A stretch of 64,000 nucleotides of DNA from contig CBDCYI010000004.1 in the NCBI GenBank assembly GCA_965224085.1, positions 672,001-736,000 of the forward strand. Direction: 5' to 3'. Under the pieces are notes generated by a model. The model had not been told where the DNA came from and did no database searches. It was given only the letters and a program-made list of their open reading frames with translations. Both the position numbers and the translations under genes were made by a program. The stretch is from Candidatus Marinacidobacterales bacterium. Its GTDB lineage: Bacteria > Acidobacteriota > Vicinamibacteria > Marinacidobacterales > SMYC01. Shown here in pieces: positions 40,065 through 48,836 of this stretch (positions are counted from its first letter, which is position 1; each line of letters begins with the position of its first letter).

Positions 40065-40796
40065 ATGAAGCGCATCGAGAGCCCTCAAAACCCGCTCGTT
40101 AAGACGATTCGCCGCCTCGCGCAGGCGCGGAAGCGCGAAGACAGGTTCTTGCTCGAAGGTAGCAAGCTCGTCGATGCCGTCCTCGAGAGAGGCGCACGGA
40201 TCGAGACGGTGGTGATCTCGAGCACATTCTCCGGGAGAGTGCCCGAGGGTGTTCCGGCCGTGGAGCTACCCGAGCGATTGTTTAAGAGCGTGAGCTATCT
40301 GGATTCCCCCGAGGGAATCCTCGCGGTAGCAGAGCGTCCGTCGCGCGTCGAGCTTCCCGACCGGGGTCTACTCGTCGTCTGCGCCGGCATTCAAGATCCC
40401 GGCAATCTCGGCGCCATCGTGCGCGTCGCGGAAGCCGCGGGCGTCTCGGCGCTCGTCACGCTTCCCGGCTCGGCGGATCCTTTTAGTCCGAAAGGGGTGC
40501 GCGGCTCCATGGGCAGCGTACTACGTCTGCCCACCTTCGAGATCGAAGACCCCGATGAACTCGAGGGGTTCCGCCTTGCAGCCCTCGTCCCTCGGGACGG
40601 GATCGACTACCGGGAAGCGGACTACGCACGGCCGATGGCCATTCTGCTCGGACGCGAGGGCGCCGGTTTGGACCCATCGCTCCTCGCCAGAGCGGAGCTC
40701 GCGCTCACCATTCCGATGCAAGGTGAGGTGGAGTCGTTGAACGTGGCCACGGCGGCGGCGCTCGTTTTGTTTGAAGCCGCTCGACGGGAGCCGTAG
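40065..40796 (+). CDS. TrmH/SpoU family RNA methyltransferase
   Basis: IQDPGNLGAIVR, LGREGAGL, IPMQGEVESLNVA. Confidence 0.92.
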   Translation: MKRIESPQNPLVKTIRRLAQARKREDRFLLEGSKLVDAVLERGARIETVVISSTFSGRVPEGVPAVELPERLFKSVSYLDSPEGILAVAERPSRVELPDRGLLVVCAGIQDPGNLGAIVRVAEAAGVSALVTLPGSADPFSPKGVRGSMGSVLRLPTFEIEDPDELEGFRLAALVPRDGIDYREADYARPMAILLGREGAGLDPSLLARAELALTIPMQGEVESLNVATAAALVLFEAARREP

Positions 40797-40815
40797 ACCG
40801 GAATAAGCTTCTGCC

Positions 40816-42150
40816 ATGGATCAGCAACAGCTCTTCTCGAAAGCATCCGGCGCCGGAGGGCCGGCGCCGCTCGCGGAGCGGATGCGGCCGCGCGATCTCG
40901 ACGAGCTCATCGGGCAAGAAGAAATCGCCGGCCCGAACACGACGCTCTTCGCCGCGATCGAGAAAGACCGGATCGGCTCGCTGATCCTCTGGGGTCCTCC
41001 GGGCTCCGGCAAGACCACCCTGGCACGGATCATCGCGGAGCGCACCCAGTCGCACTTCGTCCCGTTCAGCGCCGTCGTCTCCGGCATCAAGGAAATCAAA
41101 ATGGTTATGAAGGAGGCGGAACAGCAGCGCCACATCTATGGCCGCCGCACGCTCCTGTTCGTCGACGAGATCCATCGATTCAACAAAGCGCAGCAAGACG
41201 CGTTCCTCCCTCATGTGGAAAGCGGCAACGTTATCTTGATCGGCGCAACGACCGAGAACCCTTCCTTCGAAGTGAACGCCGCTCTTCTCTCGCGATGCCG
41301 CGTGCTCATCCTCCGTCAACTATCGCCAGAAGAGCTCGTGCGGTTGATGAAACGCGCGCTCGCGGACGAAGAGAACGGGCTTTCAGGCCGCCTTCGCATC
41401 GACGAGGAAGCCCTCGAGTGGCTCGCGCGCCAGGCCAACGGAGACGCGCGATTCGTATTGAACGTGCTCGAAGCATTGACACCGATGGCTGGGGCGGACC
41501 GTGTGCTCGGCGTCGCCGAGCTCGAGAGCGCGCTCCAGCGAAAAGCGCTTCTCTACGACAAGAGCGGCGAACAGCATTTCAATATCATCTCCGCGCTCCA
41601 CAAGTCGATCCGAAACTCCGATGTCGACGCGAGCCTCTACTGGCTCGCCCGCATGCTCGAGGCCGGAGAAGATCCGCTCTACATCGCCCGGCGGCTCGTC
41701 CGCTTCGCATCCGAAGATATTGGCCTCGCCGAGCCCGGGGCGCTCGCCCAAGCCGTCGCCGCCAAAGAAGCCTTTCATTTCATCGGCGTCCCCGAAGGCA
41801 AGCTCGCTCTCGCGCAAGCGGTCGTTTATCTCGCGGCCGCTCCCAAGTCGAATGCCGTCTACCGCGCCTATGGCGCCGCGGCGAAAGACGCGCTCGAAGA
41901 TGCGACTGAGCCCGTTCCCCTTTATTTGCGAAACGCGGTCACAGGTCACATGAAAGCTTGGGGCTATGGCAAAGGCTACGAATATGCTCACGATAATGAA
42001 GAGAAGATCGCCAGTATGGAATGCCTCCCCGAGCGGCTACGCGGACGGCGCTACTACGCGCCGACGGAGCAAGGCTTCGAAAAACGCATGGGCGAGCGGC
42101 TCGAGCAGATCGAGAAGACCCGGGACAAGTTGAGAAACAAAGACGGGTAG
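40816..42150 (+). CDS. rarA: Replication-associated recombination protein A (RarA/MgsA)
   Basis: PLAERMRP, WGPPGSGKTT, DEIHRFNKAQQD, ATTENPSF, ISALHKSIR. Confidence 0.96.
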   Translation: MDQQQLFSKASGAGGPAPLAERMRPRDLDELIGQEEIAGPNTTLFAAIEKDRIGSLILWGPPGSGKTTLARIIAERTQSHFVPFSAVVSGIKEIKMVMKEAEQQRHIYGRRTLLFVDEIHRFNKAQQDAFLPHVESGNVILIGATTENPSFEVNAALLSRCRVLILRQLSPEELVRLMKRALADEENGLSGRLRIDEEALEWLARQANGDARFVLNVLEALTPMAGADRVLGVAELESALQRKALLYDKSGEQHFNIISALHKSIRNSDVDASLYWLARMLEAGEDPLYIARRLVRFASEDIGLAEPGALAQAVAAKEAFHFIGVPEGKLALAQAVVYLAAAPKSNAVYRAYGAAAKDALEDATEPVPLYLRNAVTGHMKAWGYGKGYEYAHDNEEKIASMECLPERLRGRRYYAPTEQGFEKRMGERLEQIEKTRDKLRNKDG

Positions 42151-42161
42151 CATATCTTCCT

Positions 42162-42222
42162 GGCTTGGCAGGCTTGGCAGGCTTGGCAGGCTTGGCAGGA
42201 TTGGCCAGATTGAGCCAGATTG
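42162..42222. repeat. 9-bp tandem repeat (GGCTTGGCA)x4 plus degenerate copies
   Basis: Exact units 42162-42197, then GGATTGGCC and AGATTGAGCC, ending at the likely TTG start of the next gene. Confidence 0.85.
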
Positions 42223-42941
42223 AAAACGAGCGACGTCCACACCATCCAACTCAGCGGCGGGAACGCGAACGCCATCGATGAGGCGCTTCTGAAGACGCTG
42301 ACCGATGGGCTTCGCGCGGCGCTCGACACGGGAAAAACGGCCGTGGTCTTGAAGGCTGTGATCGATTCTTCTCGGCGGGCCTGAACCTCAAATCGCTTCC
42401 CGAGACCCGCGAAGGGATGGCGTCGTTCGTCGCACGTTTCGAACAGGCGAATATCGAGATGCTTCGATTCCCGCTACCCGTCGTCGCGGCCGTCAACGGC
42501 CACGCGATCGCGGGCGGCTGCGTTCTCGCCTGCGCCGCCGATCTGAGGATTGGCGCCAGCGGGAGCCACAAGCTCGGTGTCTCCGAAGTCACGCTTGGAG
42601 TAGCCTTTCCCGCGAGTGCTTTCGAGATCATGCGGCACGCGCTCACGCCGGCTTTCGTCCCGGAAGTGCTCCTTTCTGGCAAGCTCCTCTCTCCGGAGGA
42701 AGCACTCTTGGCCGGGATGCTCCATCATGTCGTCGCGCCCGAAGAGCTTCTCGCCGAGGCCACCGCACACGCCGAAGAGTTCGGCTCGAAACCGCGTCAG
42801 GCCTTTCACCATAGCAAGCTTGCTTTGCGCGCACCGATGTTCGAGCGCATCGAAAAGACGCAAGAAGCGGCGCGCGAGGAATTTCTCGAATCTTGGTTCT
42901 CGCCTGAGGTCGTCGAGCGCCGAAAAGCGATGCTCGCATGA
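42220..42941 (+). pseudogene. Enoyl-CoA hydratase/isomerase family protein, frameshifted near 42352
   Basis: LKTSDVHTIQLSGGNANAID..AVVL, then after a missing base GCDRFFSAGLNL..AAVNGHAIAGGC. Confidence 0.8.
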
Positions 42942-43368
42942 AGCTCTGGTTCCTCTTGATTGGGCTAGTTGGGCTAATCAGCGCATGCGCCAAGCAAGAC
43001 GGCGTCGACAAGGTGGTCTTCAATGAAAAGATCGTCACCCTCGACCGTTCCTCTTACGGGCTGCAGACGATGCCCAGAGGGCCCTACATCGCCATTGTCC
43101 GCGGATTGAACGAGCGCGGCTGGCGGGTCGGAACGTACGCCGTCGGCGACGCCGTTATCGATCTCGTGCTCGAAGCTTACGAGCGAGCGAAGACGAAAGC
43201 ATCGTCGACGAGAGATGGGCCATCGAGCACGGCTTCATCCCGAGAGCGGAGCACTTCGCTCGCCTGAGAGCCCTTGGGCTCCATGTGGCCGCCCAGCATC
43301 ACCTCTATCTCGCCGCGCCGAGTCTCATCAAATATTGGGGACAGGAGCCCGCCGAGTGGGTGACGCCA
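42938..43368 (+). pseudogene. Amidohydrolase-3 (YtcJ-like) lipoprotein relic
   Basis: Lipobox LISAC, VFNEKIVTLD, large deletion, YAVGDAVID (normally HAxGD), frameshift near 43195 to RWAIEH..QHHLY..YWGQE, truncated. Confidence 0.7.
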
Positions 43369-43627
43369 GATAGTCGATGAATCCCATGTTCACCACGGCG
43401 AGATAAGTGCAGCAACCGAAGCCGAGCACACGATCGCCGCGGCGGGCGACGAGGTAGTTGAAATTGAATGGCCGACTCAAGCCGAGACGCGATTCCACGA
43501 GATGCTCGTAGAAATAGCGCTTGGGCATCTGCTCGTCGCGCGGAAAGACCCGGCGATGCAAGGCGTAAGAAGCGCGAAAGAGCGGAGAGCGAACGTCTTC
43601 GACCGACTCGATCAGGATTTCCGACAT
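43369..43627 (-). pseudogene. GNAT-like acetyltransferase, 3'-truncated
   Basis: YALHRRVFPRDEQ..YLVARRGDRVLGF..GFIDYL, then runs into antisense amidohydrolase sequence. Confidence 0.5.
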
Positions 43628-43654
43628 CGCAAAACGCAGGGTCAACTACCGTCC

Positions 43655-46345
43655 TCAGCTGACTTGAATGCGGGCCAACGCGTCCATCGCAGCGTTGGCG
43701 ACGTTCGTATCGGAGGCTTCCACTGCAGATTCTAGCACTCGCACGCTTCGAACCGAGCGGAGATTCCCGAGTGCTTCGAGTGCGAGGGCACGAGCGTCGC
43801 CCGGGTCGCCGGCGAGCCGCTCGAGCCTGTCCACCGCCCATGCGTCTGCGCGCGCTTCGAGCCCGAGGCATGCGATACGCGCGGCCATCGCGTCGCCGCT
43901 TAGCAAGCCTTGCTCCAAAGCGGCGCGCAACATGAGATCCACTGGCTTTGACGGACTTGTTTCGCGAAAACAAGCGCAGGCGAGCACGAGGTCTCTCTCG
44001 ACGAGATGCTCGACCAGACGAGCGCCGTCGTTTTTCAGACCACCCAAAAACGGCACGGAGCCGTGAAACGGTCCGCGGCTCAAGTTCAATGGCCGGACAG
44101 TGTCGCCATCGATCTGGCGCCAATCGGCACGCTGAATCAAGTTCACGATCGTGCTCGGTGCGCCGGTCCGGAGCGCGTAAGCGGTCAGGAACTCTTGGAA
44201 GGCCAGGTTGGGAAACGCAAAGGCGGTTGGACCTCGCAAAAGGCGAGTCTTAGAGACCTCCACCACGAGCTCTTCGGCGCTCATCGCCCCGATGCTGCGA
44301 AAGGCGACCGCTTGGGCGAGCGCCGCCGCATCTTCGGTGCGACGGCGGTCCTCGAGGTCCTTCTTCACGAGCGACACGCGGTCGGACTTGCTCATGAAAA
44401 ACGCCAATTGCGGCAAGAGGTCTTCGCGCGCGAGTGTCGATCCCGCGACCCGCAGGAAAGAATGAAAGATCCCCGTAACACTAGTGGGGACACGGGCGCC
44501 TTCGCGCCACAAGCGCCGCGCGAACGCGAGCAGTTGTGGATTACCGGCGCGCGCGCCTAACGTTTTCGTGAGCTGCGCGTAGAGAATCTTCGCCGATTCG
44601 GCGCGGACCCCGCCATTGTGCATCAGGAAGTCCATCGCTTCCCATTCGGCAAATGGCAGCATCTCGACCCAGTTTGGTATCTCGACCGCGCGCGTGCTCG
44701 GAAGGCGCGAGCTCACAACGAAGCGATTCAAGGGGTAGCGCCGCATGAAATGGTTCAAGGCATCGGTGCGGCGGGCGGTTCCTTCCGCGCTCAGGCCGTC
44801 GAGCCCGTCGAACAGGAACAGGAAGCGGCCCTCGTCGAGATCGCTCGCGAATAGATCTCGGTCGTATTCTTCCGCAAGAAACTCGAAGAGATCCTCGGAC
44901 TCCCGGAGGTCAGCAAGCGCCAGATAGATCGGCAGCGGCGACTTCTTTTCGTAGGCCAGGATGGGCTGCGCTGCTTCGTAGAACAAGCGATACAGCGCCA
45001 TGCTCTTACCGGAGCCCCCTTCACCGAACAACAGCAGACGCTGAAAGCGGCGCGAAAGCTCGCACGCGCTCTGTGGCTGTCCCAGAAAATCGGCGGCGAC
45101 CACATAGCCGACGAGCGGCTGCGTGCGCGGCATCCACCGCAGAAGCTGCGGGAAGTAGCGCTCCGGCTTTGGCCAGAAACGGTTCAGGCTTTCGCGCAAG
45201 CGACGGCGATAGCGGCCCTCGGAGATTTGATAAGCATCCGTCGAGCTCCCGCTCGCCGCGTTTTCGAAGATCGCCGCGTCTTTGCGAGAAAGATAGATCC
45301 CGGGCATCATCCATTCACCCTGGGATGGAAATTGCGAGCGCGCCGCGCTGCACGCGGCCGCGAGCGCGGCGTCCACGGGCTGGAGGGCGACGAGAGCCCT
45401 GTAGAGCTCGAGCGTATAGAGCTCGAGAAGCTCATCGGATAGGCTGTCACGTTGACTGAGCATGGCGGGTACCGCGTCGAGCAAGCCGTCGGCGAAAGTG
45501 GGCGCGAGCGCACCCGCTCCTGAGCCACCGCTCCAAATAACGAGGGCCGGGCTGCTCGCCGCGAGCACTCGCGCCAAGGCGACGAGCTCGATCTCGCCGT
45601 GCGCCGACGGGAAAACGGCTCCCTCCCCATCCCTGGTCGCGTCTGCAATGAGGTGCACGACGTCGAAATTCTGTGCGAGAAGGGCCTCGGCGGTGAGGTC
45701 GTCTCCACCAAGCTCAGAGCCGGCCTCGACCACTTGGGCGACGCCCTCGGCTTCGAGCTCGGAGAGAGCTTGGGCCGCGACGCGAGCCACCCGTGTCACG
45801 CGCGACGCTGACGGGCCGTAGCCGGATTGCGCCACGAGAAGCACTTTGAGCGGGTGTCTTGCCGCGACGGGCTGCGGTGCCCTCGCTCGAGGCGCTACGT
45901 ATCGTACGAGCGTCACGTCCCTGCACGTGCTCAAAAACTTCTCTTCTCGGGTGTCGTAGAGGCACTCCCAAGGAAGACGCGCGACGATCGTGGGCTCGAG
46001 CTTGAGCCGCACCCGCAGCCTGGCACCCGTATGGCGCACCTGCTCCCGCAAGTGGACGTAGAGGCGAAGGATCTCACCGTGAAACAACGCGTCGAATAGG
46101 CGAGCGCCCACATAGTGGAGCTCTCGCGAGCTCAGCTCTTCCAGTCGATCCGCGAATCGAACGAAGCTGCGATCGTCGAAAGGCAAATAGCAACGGACCG
46201 ACGGCGTTGTGCGGCCAAATTCCTCCTCGGCTTTGGCGCGGAACATCCCCGGTATCTCGTCGGGCCACACCGAAACGAATAGATCTCTATATTCGATGGA
46301 CAACATGACCGAGTGCGCCTCGTGGGGGAGATCGGCGCGCTCCAA
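43655..46345 (-). CDS. CHAT-like (degenerate) + NACHT NTPase + HEAT-like repeat protein
   Basis: CHAT hallmarks GARLFDALF, LRVRL, LPWECL, LVRY, PLKVLLV, FDVVH; NACHT GEGGSGKS, FLFDGLD, VVSSR, GNPQLL, FQEFLTA; Ala/Leu-rich helical C-terminus. Confidence 0.85.
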   Translation of the reverse strand: MERADLPHEAHSVMLSIEYRDLFVSVWPDEIPGMFRAKAEEEFGRTTPSVRCYLPFDDRSFVRFADRLEELSSRELHYVGARLFDALFHGEILRLYVHLREQVRHTGARLRVRLKLEPTIVARLPWECLYDTREEKFLSTCRDVTLVRYVAPRARAPQPVAARHPLKVLLVAQSGYGPSASRVTRVARVAAQALSELEAEGVAQVVEAGSELGGDDLTAEALLAQNFDVVHLIADATRDGEGAVFPSAHGEIELVALARVLAASSPALVIWSGGSGAGALAPTFADGLLDAVPAMLSQRDSLSDELLELYTLELYRALVALQPVDAALAAACSAARSQFPSQGEWMMPGIYLSRKDAAIFENAASGSSTDAYQISEGRYRRRLRESLNRFWPKPERYFPQLLRWMPRTQPLVGYVVAADFLGQPQSACELSRRFQRLLLFGEGGSGKSMALYRLFYEAAQPILAYEKKSPLPIYLALADLRESEDLFEFLAEEYDRDLFASDLDEGRFLFLFDGLDGLSAEGTARRTDALNHFMRRYPLNRFVVSSRLPSTRAVEIPNWVEMLPFAEWEAMDFLMHNGGVRAESAKILYAQLTKTLGARAGNPQLLAFARRLWREGARVPTSVTGIFHSFLRVAGSTLAREDLLPQLAFFMSKSDRVSLVKKDLEDRRRTEDAAALAQAVAFRSIGAMSAEELVVEVSKTRLLRGPTAFAFPNLAFQEFLTAYALRTGAPSTIVNLIQRADWRQIDGDTVRPLNLSRGPFHGSVPFLGGLKNDGARLVEHLVERDLVLACACFRETSPSKPVDLMLRAALEQGLLSGDAMAARIACLGLEARADAWAVDRLERLAGDPGDARALALEALGNLRSVRSVRVLESAVEASDTNVANAAMDALARIQVS

Positions 46346-46489
46346 CCGTCTTTCGACTATGAAGGTTTGCTATGAATGCTGCTCTTCTAAACTAGCACGA
46401 TCGGCGTTGTTAAGGTTGGATTGTTTCGGATAACGAGAGCACTTTGCGAATCGCCGCCACGGTCGCGTTCGCCCGCATTCGAAAGCTCA

Positions 46490-47275
46490 TCAAGAATGAA
46501 AATTAGCTTGCATCGTGCTCTGACGATAGTCATCCCCGTCGATCCGCACGTCCCGGCACATTTCGTAGAGGCGCGATCGCAGCCGCACGGTGATGCGATC
46601 CGCGAGCGTCGCCTCTGCCGCCCCCATGCGAGCGGATAGTTTGTTGACCGCGACCGGCCCCGTGCTCGTCGGCTTGTCGGAGTAGTTGGTCGTGATGATT
46701 GTCAGCTTCTTTTCGTTGTAGCGTTGATTGAGGATATAGAAGAATGTATCGAGAACCCAGAGCGTCGGGCTTTCCCCACCAAGGTCGTCGAGCACGAGCG
46801 GCTCCGCTTGAAGCACCGGCCTCAAGACCTCCATCTCCGTCGCTGCTGTATCCGGGTGATAGGAGCCCTTTATCTCGCGCAGCAAAGAGCGAAAATCGCA
46901 AAAAAGCGCCGGCGCCGCAATTTCGCGCTCGAGCAGAATTCGCCGAAGCACCGCCACCGAGAGATGGGTTTTCCCGACACCCGGCGGTCCGCTGAGCAAA
47001 AGCCCCGCCTCTGCGTCGGGAAATCGCTCCGCCCAACTCTCCGCGACTTTTGTCGCGCGTTCGAGGCTCGGCTTCAACCCGTCGAAGGGGCGGCCGCCGC
47101 TTCGCCCGTCGAACGCGCATTCTCGATAGCGCGTGGGGACACCGGCCTTCGCCATCGCAGAGTCGTGGCGGTCCCCGACCCAACAGGCGCAGCGAATGAC
47201 CGCGTCGACGCCGTCGCGCTCGACGCGCCTCCAGGAAGTGTCGGCGCACTCGGAGCAGGCGATGTGCTCGCTCAA
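46490..47275 (-). CDS. DnaC/DnaI/IstB-like AAA+ ATPase with N-terminal Cys motifs
   Basis: [57 protein letters not shown]; TTGA overlap with hspR. Confidence 0.88.
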   Translation of the reverse strand: MSEHIACSECADTSWRRVERDGVDAVIRCACWVGDRHDSAMAKAGVPTRYRECAFDGRSGGRPFDGLKPSLERATKVAESWAERFPDAEAGLLLSGPPGVGKTHLSVAVLRRILLEREIAAPALFCDFRSLLREIKGSYHPDTAATEMEVLRPVLQAEPLVLDDLGGESPTLWVLDTFFYILNQRYNEKKLTIITTNYSDKPTSTGPVAVNKLSARMGAAEATLADRITVRLRSRLYEMCRDVRIDGDDYRQSTMQANFHS

Positions 47276-47709
47276 GAGTCCTTCTTCACGAGATCGCGTG
47301 GAGGCAGGCGGACGAGGGCATTCTGGACACGGTCTTTCCAGCCGTCCTCTTGCCGGCCCATCTCCCGCTGAACGTATTCGATGAACTCGCTGATCTCGCT
47401 CTGCATCTTTTCCATCTTCTGCCGCATGTTGAGGATTATCTCGACGCCGGCGAGATTGACGCCCAGATCTCGCGTCAAGTTCAAAATCGTCTCGAGCTCA
47501 CGCAAATCTTCTTCGGCATAGAGACGCGTATTGCCTTCCGTTCGCGACGGCGCCAAAAGCCCTTCACGCTCGTAGAGCCGGAGCGTCTGAGGATGGATCC
47601 CGTAGGTCTCGGCGACGGCGCTAATCATGTAGTAACCCTTGCCCTTGCCCTTGCCCCGATTGCGCGGTCCGTCCGAGCCCCCTGTTGCTGATGGTGTCGA
47701 CTTTTTCAC
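47272..47709 (-). CDS. hspR: MerR-family heat-shock repressor HspR
   Basis: YMISAVAETYGIHPQTLRLYEREGLLAPSRTEGNTRLY..GVNLAGV; directly after dnaJ. Confidence 0.88.
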   Translation of the reverse strand: MKKSTPSATGGSDGPRNRGKGKGKGYYMISAVAETYGIHPQTLRLYEREGLLAPSRTEGNTRLYAEEDLRELETILNLTRDLGVNLAGVEIILNMRQKMEKMQSEISEFIEYVQREMGRQEDGWKDRVQNALVRLPPRDLVKKDS

Positions 47710-48824
47710 CTGGGTGCTCCTTCCGGACTCTTGCGGAGCGACTCGCGGGCGTCCATCGGGTTCAGCCGGTCGAGCTCACGCAAAAGCTCACGGGAGCGAT
47801 CGTCGTAGACCGTCGGGGTCACGACGTGAATAACGACGAACAAGTCGCCGCGACCCTCGGCGCTTCGACGCGAGCGTGCGCCCCGTCCGGATAACTTCAG
47901 CTTCTGTCCCGATTGCACTCCCGCCGGCACGCGCAACGTGACATCGCCATCCGGCGTCGGCACATCGAGCTTCGCACCGAGCGCCGCCTCGGCGAACGAG
48001 ATCGGCACCGTGCAAAACAAATTGTCCCCTTTGCGCGAGAACAGAGTGTCGGGCTGGACTTGAATATGGATGTAGAGATCCCCGGGACGGCCCGAGCCTC
48101 TTCCTTGATTGCCCATTCCCGGAACAGAAAGTTTGTCTCCATCCGAGACGCCGGCCGGGATCTCGACCGAGATCGTCTGCTCTTCCGTGTCGCGTCCCCC
48201 GCCGGCGCAATCGGGGCACCGCTCGCGCGCGACCATGCCCGCGCCGCGGCACTTTTCGCAGGGCTTCGCGAAGAGCATGAAGCCGCGCGTTTGTGTCGCA
48301 CGGCCCCGCCCGCCGCAAGCGCTGCAAGGCCGCGGCTGACTAGCGGGAATCTCCCCGAAACCTTCGCACGTTTCGCACGAAACTTGTCGGCCCACGCGAA
48401 AACGACTATCGATCCCATGGAGAGATTCCTTGAAAGAGATATTCAATCGGTGGTGAATATCTTCTCCGTCCGGGCGAGTGATACCAGAGCTCGCCGTCGG
48501 TCGGCGGAACAAGTCTGGAAAGATGTCGACCTCCCGACGTTCCTCGAGCGAGAAGTCGAACCCTTCGAAACCGTAGCGGACGGGCTCCGTGTGCCGCGGC
48601 GCCTCAGGCTCCGCTCCGATATTGTCGTAGCGCTCGCGGCGGTCCGGGTCAACGAGAACTTCGAACGCCTCCGCGATACGCTGGTAGTGCACCGCCGCGA
48701 CGTTGTCTCCAGGATTGATATCGGGGTGGTACTTGCGTGCGAGCCTTCGGAAAGCGCGACGGATTTGGGTTCTCGAGGCGCTCGCCTCCACGCCAAGAAG
48801 CACGTAATAGTCGTTCCGGGCCAT
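47706..48824 (-). CDS. dnaJ: Chaperone DnaJ (class A)
   Basis: J-domain with HPD, four CxxCxGxG repeats, C-terminal domain. Confidence 0.93.
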   Translation of the reverse strand: MARNDYYVLLGVEASASRTQIRRAFRRLARKYHPDINPGDNVAAVHYQRIAEAFEVLVDPDRRERYDNIGAEPEAPRHTEPVRYGFEGFDFSLEERREVDIFPDLFRRPTASSGITRPDGEDIHHRLNISFKESLHGIDSRFRVGRQVSCETCEGFGEIPASQPRPCSACGGRGRATQTRGFMLFAKPCEKCRGAGMVARERCPDCAGGGRDTEEQTISVEIPAGVSDGDKLSVPGMGNQGRGSGRPGDLYIHIQVQPDTLFSRKGDNLFCTVPISFAEAALGAKLDVPTPDGDVTLRVPAGVQSGQKLKLSGRGARSRRSAEGRGDLFVVIHVVTPTVYDDRSRELLRELDRLNPMDARESLRKSPEGAPR

Positions 48825-48836
48825 GTTCGTTTCTGT

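Noticed and set aside
42162-42222. Tandem repeats as a CRISPR array
   Set aside because: Units are 7-17 bp without unique spacers and no cas genes are present; no CRISPR array was seen anywhere in the window.
46346-46489. TAGCAC-like words suggesting a CIRCE element
   Set aside because: No matching second half-site at 9-nt spacing.
46490-47275. IS21 element or prophage around the IstB-like ATPase
   Set aside because: No istA transposase, terminal repeats, integrase or phage structural genes nearby.
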